Position numbers and translations under genes: made by a program. The notes under the pieces were generated by a model. The model made no database searches. It saw nothing but the letters and a program-made list of their open reading frames with translations, and was not told the origin of the DNA. This document shows, one piece after another, positions 7,729 to 15,771 of a stretch of DNA of 30,893 bases; within the stretch, counting starts at the first letter, position 1; the number at the start of each line of letters is the position of its first letter. The stretch is from positions 1 to 30,893 of the forward strand of contig JAIVYO010000001.1 in NCBI GenBank assembly GCA_048635405.1, in the 5' to 3' direction. This stretch comes from Campylobacterales bacterium. GTDB lineage: Archaea; EX4484-52; GLR71.

Positions 7729-8649
7729 TTACTGTATTATTTTATTTTCAAAAACAAGGGCTGCTGCTCCGAGCAAACCTGCAGAATCAGAAATTCTGTG
7801 CCTGACAATTTTCAGGTTCTTTGTCAAGACAGGCAGAGCAAATCTTTTCACTTCTTTTTCCAGTCTTGTGTAAACAGGGGATGGCAGCTGGCTGACTCCG
7901 CCGCCGATGACTATTATATCAGGATTTAATATATTTACCAGGGTTGAAATTCCAATTCCAAGATGATGTATTGCATCTGCGAGAATCTTCTGAGCTGTTT
8001 TCTCTTTTGAATCGTATATCTGCCTTGGATTTGCATCTTTGATCTTTCCTCCGTTTTGTGTGTATATTCTGCTGATGTTTTTGCCTGAAGTCAGCATTTC
8101 AAGGCAGGCATATTGGCCGCAGCCGCATTTTGGTCCTTTGGTTATTGTGGGGTCTATGACTATGTGGCCGAACTCTCCTGCGCCGCCTATGGTGCCGGAG
8201 TATATGTGCCTGTTGATTATAATCCCCCCTCCAATGCCTGTGCCCCATATTATGCCAAAGACTATGCCATATCCTTTTCCTGCACCGTAGACAGCTTCTG
8301 CCAGTGCGAAGCAGTTGGCATCATTCTCTAGAAATACGGGAAGCTTTACCCTTTTTTCAAGCTCTTTTTTCAGATTGACTCCTATCAGTGATGTAAGGGT
8401 TCCTCCCCCGAAAACCATTTTTCCTGAATTGTCAATGAATCCCGGGATTGAGATTCCGACTCCTTTGATATTTCTTCTTGAATTTTCTTTCAGATATTTG
8501 ATCATGTCTGCCAGATTGCTTAGAATCTGCTCTTTTCCTTTTTCTGCTTCTGTCTGGGTTCTCCTGTTGATGTGGATGTTGCCTTTATCATCTATTATGG
8601 AACCTTCTATCTTTGTTCCTCCAATGTCAATGCCTATCGCGTACATCAT
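7729..8649 (-). CDS. ROK family sugar kinase
   Basis: IGIDIGGTKI, ENDANCFALAE, GTGIGGG, EFGH and CGCG...CLE zinc motif. Start placed at MMYAIG rather than the ORF-track start of 8775. Confidence 0.92.
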   Translation of the reverse strand: MMYAIGIDIGGTKIEGSIIDDKGNIHINRRTQTEAEKGKEQILSNLADMIKYLKENSRRNIKGVGISIPGFIDNSGKMVFGGGTLTSLIGVNLKKELEKRVKLPVFLENDANCFALAEAVYGAGKGYGIVFGIIWGTGIGGGIIINRHIYSGTIGGAGEFGHIVIDPTITKGPKCGCGQYACLEMLTSGKNISRIYTQNGGKIKDANPRQIYDSKEKTAQKILADAIHHLGIGISTLVNILNPDIIVIGGGVSQLPSPVYTRLEKEVKRFALPVLTKNLKIVRHRISDSAGLLGAAALVFENKIIQ

Positions 8650-8752
8650 ATATACTGAAATATTGTTGCAGGTCATATTTATGTCTTGAATTAATCTATG
8701 AGCCTGTCCTGTCTTATTCGCAGAGAAAGGATAAGCTTGCGATTCTTTTATC

Positions 8753-10534
8753 TTATCCACTATACTTTTTCTCATTCTTCAGCGGCGTGAATTCCTCGCC
8801 GCCCGACTCGTAGAACTGCTCGAAGAATTCTACATAGTGGAGGCGCATAGAGTGGACAAAGGCACTGACAACATTCAGCGACATGTTGAAGAGATGGCCG
8901 AAGACAAAGACAAGGGCTGCAAGAATTATTGATACTTTCGCTGCCGCTGTGACGCCCATGTTTATGACAAACTGGAGCCATGATGTTGCGACAGCAAGGG
9001 CCATCAGCCTTATGTATGATATCCATGAGCCGAAGAATGACGGGACTGACAGGAAGCCGGTGATGCCGTCTTTTAATCTGTAGATGAAGACCAGTGCGAT
9101 AATGGCATATCCTGCGTATCTTAATGTCTCTGTTCCTGCCATGACTGCTGCGATAATTCCTGCCTCAAACAGGAACCATGACAATGGCTCAAGGACATCT
9201 TTGCTTTTCTCTTTTATCTTTGAGTAAAGGTTCAGGCCAAGCCCGAAGTTTATGTGGACAAGGCCGATGGCGAGAGATATCTTGAGTATTGTTATCGGGT
9301 CTCTCAGCGCGTCAAGGATTGATGTAAAACCCCAGAAGTTTCCGAAGACGCTTCCGAAGATAAGGCCTGCGATGACTGTTGCTGTTGATGATATGATGAG
9401 GATATGCGCAAGAGCTTTCAGGTCTTCATCGCCTGTCTTGAAATATGCAAAGACTGATGCTGTAAGTAGGATGAGGCCGTATGCTACATCGGTGAGCATT
9501 ATGGCAAAAAATATTGGAAAGCCGACTGCGATGAACATAGTCGGGTCTATCTCTCCATACTGAGGCAGGCCGAACCATTTTGTTATCTTCTCAAAAGGCC
9601 TTGCGAAGGATGGGTTGTCAAGTTTTACGGGAGGTTCCGTCTTTGACCTGCCTTCAAACACTGCGATATTTTCTATCGCTTCAAGCTTTCCCAGATTTCC
9701 TGAAGGTATCCAGCCGTTGATGACAAATGTCTTTTCAGTCCTTCCAAGAAGCTTCTCTTTTGACAGGCGCGCCTTTATGTTTTTCCATCTCTCCTCGTAT
9801 GCAAGTATCTTTGCTTTCTCTTTTATTATCTCTTTTGCGCATTCTTCTGTGTAGGTTATCTGTTTTTCGATACCTTCCAGATCTTTCCTGAGGTCTTTTG
9901 CGCATTCTCTTATGCTCTTTTCATCTGTGTCAAATCTGTCTATGATATGGCATATCTTTTTCCAGTCATCTTTTTTTGATATGAATATAATGTATGTTTT
10001 CTCTTCAGTCTCGTCAGCAATCCTGTAGTCGCATAAGCTTTCTATCTTTTTTAGGTTGTCTCTGCTGATAATTCCCAGGCCGCTGACAAATTTTTTGCTA
10101 TCTGATATTGACTCAGGCCTTATGTCTGCATCTCTAAAATGGTCAAGAAGGTCAAGCTTTTTTTCTGCAGCCTTTCTTTTGTCTTCAAATTCTTTTTCGC
10201 TTTTGAGTATGTCTTTTGCGCTATTGTGGATCCTGCCTATGTATCTTTTCGACACTGCTGCAAAGGCGGCGTCTCCTGTCTCGTCGATTTTTACTTTCTC
10301 TGCTTTTTCTCCGAAGACGCTTCTTTTATTCCTGAACAGTTTTCTTATCTCTCTTATCTGTTCCAGGCTCTGCACTGCATCGTGTATGAGTTCGGATGGG
10401 GTTTCGTTCAGGTTTGATATGTCTGATTTCTTCAGGTGTATGGTGCCTAATTGCTGTATATTTTTTAGTATATCTTCCCTGTCTTTCCTTAGCCCAAGAA
10501 CATAGACCTCACGCATCTTTTCGGGCCTGAACAT
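8753..10534 (-). CDS. atpI: A/V-type ATP synthase subunit I (a)
   Basis: MFRPEKM start with a GTGAT ribosome-binding site; PQYGEIDPT; SYIRLMAL with the essential Arg; RLHYVEFF...GG..F.P. Confidence 0.95.
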   Translation of the reverse strand: MFRPEKMREVYVLGLRKDREDILKNIQQLGTIHLKKSDISNLNETPSELIHDAVQSLEQIREIRKLFRNKRSVFGEKAEKVKIDETGDAAFAAVSKRYIGRIHNSAKDILKSEKEFEDKRKAAEKKLDLLDHFRDADIRPESISDSKKFVSGLGIISRDNLKKIESLCDYRIADETEEKTYIIFISKKDDWKKICHIIDRFDTDEKSIRECAKDLRKDLEGIEKQITYTEECAKEIIKEKAKILAYEERWKNIKARLSKEKLLGRTEKTFVINGWIPSGNLGKLEAIENIAVFEGRSKTEPPVKLDNPSFARPFEKITKWFGLPQYGEIDPTMFIAVGFPIFFAIMLTDVAYGLILLTASVFAYFKTGDEDLKALAHILIISSTATVIAGLIFGSVFGNFWGFTSILDALRDPITILKISLAIGLVHINFGLGLNLYSKIKEKSKDVLEPLSWFLFEAGIIAAVMAGTETLRYAGYAIIALVFIYRLKDGITGFLSVPSFFGSWISYIRLMALAVATSWLQFVINMGVTAAAKVSIILAALVFVFGHLFNMSLNVVSAFVHSMRLHYVEFFEQFYESGGEEFTPLKNEKKYSG

Positions 10535-10547
10535 AGTATCACTTCTA

Positions 10548-10859
10548 TCAGCTTTTAAGGCTTTTTGCAATCATCTCAAAAATATCATCTTTTTTTTCAG
10601 AGCAGGCACTTTCCATATCTTTCAGATGCCTTTCAGTATCTTTTTCCATTTTCCTTATCTCTTTATTTACTATGTGCATATTTTTTTCTTTCCTTATTTC
10701 CATTCTCTTCGCTATATCTTTCCTGTAATCTTTCAGTCTCCTGATGTTCATCGCTTTTTCTGCCCTGAGTTTTAAGTTCCATCTTTTATCCAGATGCTCA
10801 AGGTCTTTCTCTGTCTTTTTTTCGGTCTCTGTGATTTTTTCTATAGTCCTCTCTATCAT
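10548..10859 (-). CDS. atpH: A/V-type ATP synthase subunit H (peripheral stalk)
   Basis: 103 aa charged coiled coil immediately upstream of atpI, which is the canonical position. Confidence 0.65.
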   Translation of the reverse strand: MIERTIEKITETEKKTEKDLEHLDKRWNLKLRAEKAMNIRRLKDYRKDIAKRMEIRKEKNMHIVNKEIRKMEKDTERHLKDMESACSEKKDDIFEMIAKSLKS

Positions 10860-10983
10860 GGCTATTATTTGGAGGGGGTGATATATATTGGTGTATTTAT
10901 GGATTTTGGGAAGTGAACCTGTCTGAAATAGAATATTACAGAAATGAGACTGACTATATCATTTTTTTAAGAAATGAAAGAAT

Positions 10984-11154
10984 TCATTTCTTTATGCAGT
11001 TTGCCGGGCAGACATCTATGCAGTCGCCGCAGCCTGTGCATTTCTTCGCATCTACCACAGGACCTTTGTCAGTCTCTTTGAGAGCGTCGTGTCCGCAAGT
11101 GTTTACGCATGCCATGCATTTCATGCACTCATCAAGATTTATCTTTACAGCCAT
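10984..11154 (-). CDS. 2x[4Fe-4S] ferredoxin, 56 aa (absent from the ORF track)
   Basis: Manual translation MAVKINLDECMKCMACVNTCGHDALKETDKGPVVDAKKCTGCGDCIDVCPANCIKK*, with two CxxCxxCxxxC motifs and a GTGAT ribosome-binding site. Confidence 0.93.
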   Translation of the reverse strand: MAVKINLDECMKCMACVNTCGHDALKETDKGPVVDAKKCTGCGDCIDVCPANCIKK

Positions 11155-11387
11155 AACAATCACTTCATTATCTTTTGGAAGGGGTGTTTATATATTTTTT
11201 GCTATCATTTGCATCTTTAAAAATAATAGATATATGCTTTTTTATTGTATATAAACTACTATCCAATGACCGCGTTAGCCCATACTTTTATATTCATTTC
11301 GCAAAACATATCTTATTCAATCAATATACTTTTTAAGCTTTCGTTACAAATATCTTTTACTTTTTTGGAAAGGAAAAATTGCAGGCG

Positions 11388-11397
11388 CAATATATTG
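11388..11397. promoter_or_regulatory. Palindrome CAATATATTG, NrdR-box-like or a TATA element, upstream of nrdD
   Basis: Perfect 10-bp palindrome 25 bp before the nrdD ATG; it fits the CwATATATwG core of the bacterial NrdR box. Confidence 0.35.
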
Positions 11398-11422
11398 AAT
11401 CTTTTTAGATCTGGTGGATTGA

Positions 11423-13432
11423 ATGGCAGTCAAGAATAAAAAAAATGATATGGATTCTGAGGACAGGACTCTCTTTGTAAGGACAAGCGATGATGACATA
11501 AGGTCCTGGGACAAGATGTTTATCGTGAAGTCACTTGTCAATGAAGTGAATATGCCTGAGGCTGATGCGCTGAAGGTCGCCACAGAGGTTGAGGGCTTTA
11601 TAAAATATTCCAGCCTTAAATTTGTATCGGCACCTCTTGTCCGTGAGATAACGAACACGAAGCTTCTTGAGCACGGATATGAAGAGTACAGGAAAAAGTA
11701 CACGCGACTTGGGCTGCCTCTCTATGATATGACCGGCCTTTTCTTCAACAGCAACAAGGAAAACTCTAATGTCCACCATTCCTCTGAAGCTATAAACCTT
11801 ACGATTTCCGGCATTGCCAAGAAAGAGTATGCGCTTTTGAATGTATTTTCGGATGATATCGCGACAGCTCACCAGAACGGGACAATACATATGCATGATC
11901 TTGACTATATAGACAGGCCTTACTGTTCCGGCAATTCCATAGAGTTCCTGAAGAAGTACGGGCTTGTGATGGACGGCAGGGGCAACCTGACTGTGGCGAA
12001 ACCTGCAAAGCATGCTGAGGTTCTCATACTTCATCTGACAAAGTTTGCGGCCGCTCTCCAGGGACAGTTTGCCGGCGCAATCGGCTGGGATGCGGTCAAC
12101 CTTTTCATAGCGCCATATCTTAAAGGCTTGGATTACGCTAGGATAAAGCAGCTTGCACAGATGATGATATATGAGTTTGCCCAGCAGGCTGTGTCAAGAG
12201 GCGGGCAGGTGACTTTCACAGACACCAATTATTTCTGGGAAGTCCCCAAGCATTTTATGGATGTGCCTGCCATAGGGCCGGGCGGCAAGTTTACAGGAAA
12301 CAATTATTCTGATTATTCAGAGGAAGCTCAGATGTTTGCGAAGGCCGCATTTGAGGTATATCTAAAAGGAGATGCTTATGGCAGGCCTTTCTTTTTTCCC
12401 AAGCCAGACCTTCATATAACTGACAAGTTCTTCAAGACAGACGGAAATGAGGAGTTTATGGATCTTGCAACTGAGGTTGCCGCAAAGATGGGAAACACAT
12501 ATTTCATCTTTGACCGCGGAGATGATGTAAAGATATCTGAGTGCTGCCGTCTCCAGTTCAAGCTGAATGATAGTGATCTTCTTGACGCCAAAAGCCCGTG
12601 GAAGATGAGATATTCCGCTATGCAGAACATTACTATCAACCTGCCGAGGGCTGCCTACTGCGCACGCGGAGATGAGACAATACTTTTAGAGAAGATTGAT
12701 CATGCTATGGAACTTGCGACAAAGGCGCATGTTCAGAAAAAGGATTTTATAAGAAGGATACTTGCCCTTGGCTCTGCAAGCTCTCTTCCGATACTTACCA
12801 TGAACCTTGACGGTGAACCGTATTACAGGTTTGACAAGGCGTCTTTCCTTCTTGGCATGCTTGGGCTTAATGAGCTTGTGCAGTATGTGACCGGTGAGGA
12901 GATGCATGAATCTGTGAGTGCCTACAAGTTCGGGCTCAAGACAATAGCCTATATGAGAAAGAAAGCTGAGGAACTTGGAAACAAGTATGATATACACATG
13001 CCTCTGGAGCAGACGCCGGCAGAGTCAACCGCATACAGGATGGCAAAGCTTGACATGGAGCATTATCCCAAGGCTGCTGAAAAAGTTGTCAAGGGCACGG
13101 TGGGCACGCCGTACATATACTATACGAACTCAACATATTTCAATATAGGTGCTCCTATGTCGCCTATGGAAAGGGTTACCAGGGAGGGCAGCTTCCATCC
13201 CCTTATAGATGCGGGTGCGATGACGCATGTCTGGCTTGGAGAGTCGCAGCCGGAACCACGGTCCCTTACCAACTTTGTCATGAAGACTTTCAAGAACACG
13301 CAGAATACGCAGATAGCTTTCTCTCCGGAGATGACATTATGCAAGACATGCCATAACAAGATGGTTGGCCTGAAAGATAAATGCGACAGATGCGGAGATA
13401 TCAAAGTAGAGGGCATAACAAGATGCAGTTGA
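11423..13432 (+). CDS. nrdD: Class III anaerobic ribonucleotide reductase with an N-terminal ATP cone; lacks the C-terminal glycyl-radical segment
   Basis: HMHDLDY..RPYCSG, ARGGQ-like SRGGQVTFT, SECCR finger loop, EQTPAEST, YYTNST and the CxxC...CxxC zinc site. It ends EGITRCS* with no RxxGY. Confidence 0.95.
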   Translation: MAVKNKKNDMDSEDRTLFVRTSDDDIRSWDKMFIVKSLVNEVNMPEADALKVATEVEGFIKYSSLKFVSAPLVREITNTKLLEHGYEEYRKKYTRLGLPLYDMTGLFFNSNKENSNVHHSSEAINLTISGIAKKEYALLNVFSDDIATAHQNGTIHMHDLDYIDRPYCSGNSIEFLKKYGLVMDGRGNLTVAKPAKHAEVLILHLTKFAAALQGQFAGAIGWDAVNLFIAPYLKGLDYARIKQLAQMMIYEFAQQAVSRGGQVTFTDTNYFWEVPKHFMDVPAIGPGGKFTGNNYSDYSEEAQMFAKAAFEVYLKGDAYGRPFFFPKPDLHITDKFFKTDGNEEFMDLATEVAAKMGNTYFIFDRGDDVKISECCRLQFKLNDSDLLDAKSPWKMRYSAMQNITINLPRAAYCARGDETILLEKIDHAMELATKAHVQKKDFIRRILALGSASSLPILTMNLDGEPYYRFDKASFLLGMLGLNELVQYVTGEEMHESVSAYKFGLKTIAYMRKKAEELGNKYDIHMPLEQTPAESTAYRMAKLDMEHYPKAAEKVVKGTVGTPYIYYTNSTYFNIGAPMSPMERVTREGSFHPLIDAGAMTHVWLGESQPEPRSLTNFVMKTFKNTQNTQIAFSPEMTLCKTCHNKMVGLKDKCDRCGDIKVEGITRCS

Positions 13433-13573
13433 GTATATGGCTGTAAAACCGATAGATACAAAACAAAGACTCCAATATATATTATCCAAGACCGTAAAAT
13501 CTTTTTAAGGCAGAAGACTTATAGAATAATACAAAAGATTTGCAGCGTCTCTTTTTATATAGGTGGTAATGGT

Positions 13574-13834
13574 ATGGAAGTGAAGATATTCTGGCAGGAC
13601 AATTGTCCTAACTGCTCCCCGGCAAAGCTGGTTGTACATGATGTTATGGAGGATATGGGACTTAAGGTCAAAGAGTTCAATGTCAATGATGTTGAAGGCA
13701 TGAGCGAAGCTGCTTTCCATGCTGTTATGGGCACTCCTACTACGATTGTTGTGGACTCTGATGATTCTGAGATAATTTCATGGAGATCGCAGATACCTTC
13801 AAGAGAGGAGCTTATAGATGCAATCAAAAACTGA
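13574..13834 (+). CDS. Thioredoxin/glutaredoxin-like protein (NrdH-like)
   Basis: CPNC active site and the MGTPT cis-Pro motif; located between nrdD and nrdG. Confidence 0.88.
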   Translation: MEVKIFWQDNCPNCSPAKLVVHDVMEDMGLKVKEFNVNDVEGMSEAAFHAVMGTPTTIVVDSDDSEIISWRSQIPSREELIDAIKN

Positions 13835-14549
13835 AGCTAATCTTAAAATTTTTGGTTTTATAGAGAATTCTTTTGTAGATTGGGACGGGATGATTACATC
13901 TGTCATATTTCTTCCCGGATGTAATTTTAGGTGTCCTTTCTGCCATAACCATGAGCTTATTTCCGGCTGGGAAAAGCTTGAGGACAGGAAGATTGATCCG
14001 TCTCATGTACTTAGAATTCTTTCTGACAATACGAAATGGATTGACGGCCTTACTGTGACCGGTGGTGAGCCCACGCTTCAGATTGGCGCTCTTGTGCCTT
14101 TCCTTGAGAAGGTCAAGAAGATAGGGTTAAAGGTGAAGCTTGATACTAATGGCACAGACCCTTCTGTACTCAGGACGCTTGTTGATATGAAGCTTGTGGA
14201 TCATATCGCTATGGATATTAAGGCAAGGCTTGAGGCTGGTGCCTATAGCAAAGCATCAGGTGTTGATGTTGATGTCGGCAAGATAAAAGAGAGCATAAGA
14301 TTTGTCATATCTTGTGGGATTGACCATGAGTTCCGGACGACTGTTGTTCCCGGTCTTGTTTCAGAGTCTGATGTCGTTGATATTGCAAAAGATCTGAAAG
14401 GATGTATGCTGTATGCTCTTCAGAAATATCATAAAGAGAATGCGTGGAAGGAGCTGTACAGAAAGACTGAGCCTTACAGTGATGATGAGATGAGGGGCAT
14501 GGAGAAATCCGCTTCTGAACATGTGGCTGTTAAGCTGCGTCTTAGATAG
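13818..14549 (+). CDS. nrdG: Anaerobic RNR activating enzyme (radical SAM)
   Basis: GCNFRCPFCHN, TGGEPTLQ, KLDTNG and EFRTTVVP motifs. Confidence 0.92.
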   Translation: MQSKTEANLKIFGFIENSFVDWDGMITSVIFLPGCNFRCPFCHNHELISGWEKLEDRKIDPSHVLRILSDNTKWIDGLTVTGGEPTLQIGALVPFLEKVKKIGLKVKLDTNGTDPSVLRTLVDMKLVDHIAMDIKARLEAGAYSKASGVDVDVGKIKESIRFVISCGIDHEFRTTVVPGLVSESDVVDIAKDLKGCMLYALQKYHKENAWKELYRKTEPYSDDEMRGMEKSASEHVAVKLRLR

Positions 14550-14603
14550 ATTTGCGAATCTTATATAAGGTCTGGATATATAAATTATATCAGGAATTCA
14601 AAT

Positions 14604-15170
14604 ATGTCGTGTTTGCCTATGCTTCAGCAATACCTGTCATCTTTTGCAGCTTTTCTTTCAAGTCCAGAGTTATCTGCACTGATTGCACAGATATATTCTT
14701 TAGTATCTGCACCTCTCTCAAATCCTGACCTTTTGTGGGCAGTGTTTCCTCTTATCATTACGACTGTCATAGTTGAGCTTTATTTCGGTGCCCACAAGGA
14801 AGAGAGGCTGGGGTGGAACAGCGCTACTGCTAACGGGCTTGTGCTTGTATGGGTCGGGGTGAATACGGTAAGGGCTGTGATGTCTTCCGGAGGGTTTGAC
14901 TTAAACCTATTGACATCGCAGGTGGCGGCAGCTATAGTCGCTGTCGGCGCATTGCTGGTTTTTATCAGTTTTTTCCATATACTGCCTAAGGATATCGCAT
15001 TTTTTGTATCTTCTGCTATTGTGGTTCATTTCCTTGCTTATCTCGGATTAATTTTCGTGTATACAGACATTGTCTTCACAGGCCTTACCTTTTATGCAGC
15101 ATTTTTGATATTTATTGCTCTTGTTGTCTTTTTTTCTCTGGTGAAGAAGCTGGAGCCTGATCTGTATTGA
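14604..15170 (+). CDS. Polytopic membrane protein of unknown function
   Basis: About five hydrophobic segments and a loop motif YFGAHKEERLGWNSATAN. Confidence 0.75.
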   Translation: MSCLPMLQQYLSSFAAFLSSPELSALIAQIYSLVSAPLSNPDLLWAVFPLIITTVIVELYFGAHKEERLGWNSATANGLVLVWVGVNTVRAVMSSGGFDLNLLTSQVAAAIVAVGALLVFISFFHILPKDIAFFVSSAIVVHFLAYLGLIFVYTDIVFTGLTFYAAFLIFIALVVFFSLVKKLEPDLY

Positions 15171-15194
15171 GAATTCTTATAAGAAGTAGGATAT

Positions 15195-15283
15195 TGGCGT
15201 GGGGGGTGAGATTTGAACTCACGTGAGCCGAAGGCTCAGTAACTTAGCAGGCTACCGCCATGGCCGGGCTAGGCGACCCCCAC
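15195..15283 (-). tRNA. tRNA-Ser(GCT), CCA encoded, no intron
   Basis: Acceptor stem GTGGGGG/CCCCCAC, G discriminator plus CCA, anticodon arm GTAGC-CTGCTAA-GTTAC, long variable arm TGAGCCTTCGGCTCA, T-loop TTCAAAT. Confidence 0.95.
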
Positions 15284-15442
15284 ACGAATATTTTTCATTT
15301 TTTTCCGCGTATTTCTGTTTTTGCGGCAAAACTTTAAATTCTTGTTTGACTGAATAATGTATTAAGTGAATTGATAAAACTTAATAAAGATTTATATACA
15401 AGAATCTATTAAGCAGAATTATAATAGTTATCCGGTGATAAG

Positions 15443-15727
15443 ATGGTTGTAAATGAAAGAGAAATCAATAGTATCGTAGGTCTTGATGCTTTTACAGACA
15501 AAGGCTTCTTTTGCGGAAAAGTTTCAGATGTTGAGCTTGACCTTTCAAAGTTCAGGCTAAGGACTGTAATCATTGATGCTGCTAAAGGCTCTTATCTCGC
15601 AAATGTTGTAGGCGATAAGAAAGGCGTGAAAGTTCCGTTTCCTATGGTGCAGGCTGTAAATGATATTCTTATAATAAAACATATCAAGCATTCGGTGCCT
15701 GATGACATACCTGATGATGAAGAATAG
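15443..15727 (+). CDS. PRC-barrel domain protein (CdpB-like)
   Basis: G..VFTD.G...GKV.DV..D pattern and VPFPMVQAVNDILII. Confidence 0.8.
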   Translation: MVVNEREINSIVGLDAFTDKGFFCGKVSDVELDLSKFRLRTVIIDAAKGSYLANVVGDKKGVKVPFPMVQAVNDILIIKHIKHSVPDDIPDDEE

Positions 15728-15771
15728 ATCTTACTAATCTATTTTCTTGATTTTGCTCTTATTTTTATAAT

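Noticed and set aside
8650-8775. 42-aa N-terminal extension of the ROK kinase, and similar extensions of atpI, the Nudix gene and others
   Set aside because: They overlap neighbouring genes or precede better ATG starts, several with ribosome-binding sites, and are most likely ORF-caller overextension.
10913-11254. 113-aa plus-strand ORF
   Set aside because: It is the antisense shadow of the real ferredoxin gene at 10984..11154.
13420-13574. Cis-spliced intron, intein or local inversion hiding the NrdD tail
   Set aside because: No second exon with GY or WN.GK exists in any of the six frames before the thioredoxin, and the Cys after ITR is followed by a stop rather than an intein-like sequence.
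15195-15220. tRNA-Ser 3' end as an integration site, with the motifs at 10868 and 11174 as att relics
   Set aside because: There is only a loose G-run resemblance, no convincing duplicate of the tRNA 3' end, and no adjacent integrase.
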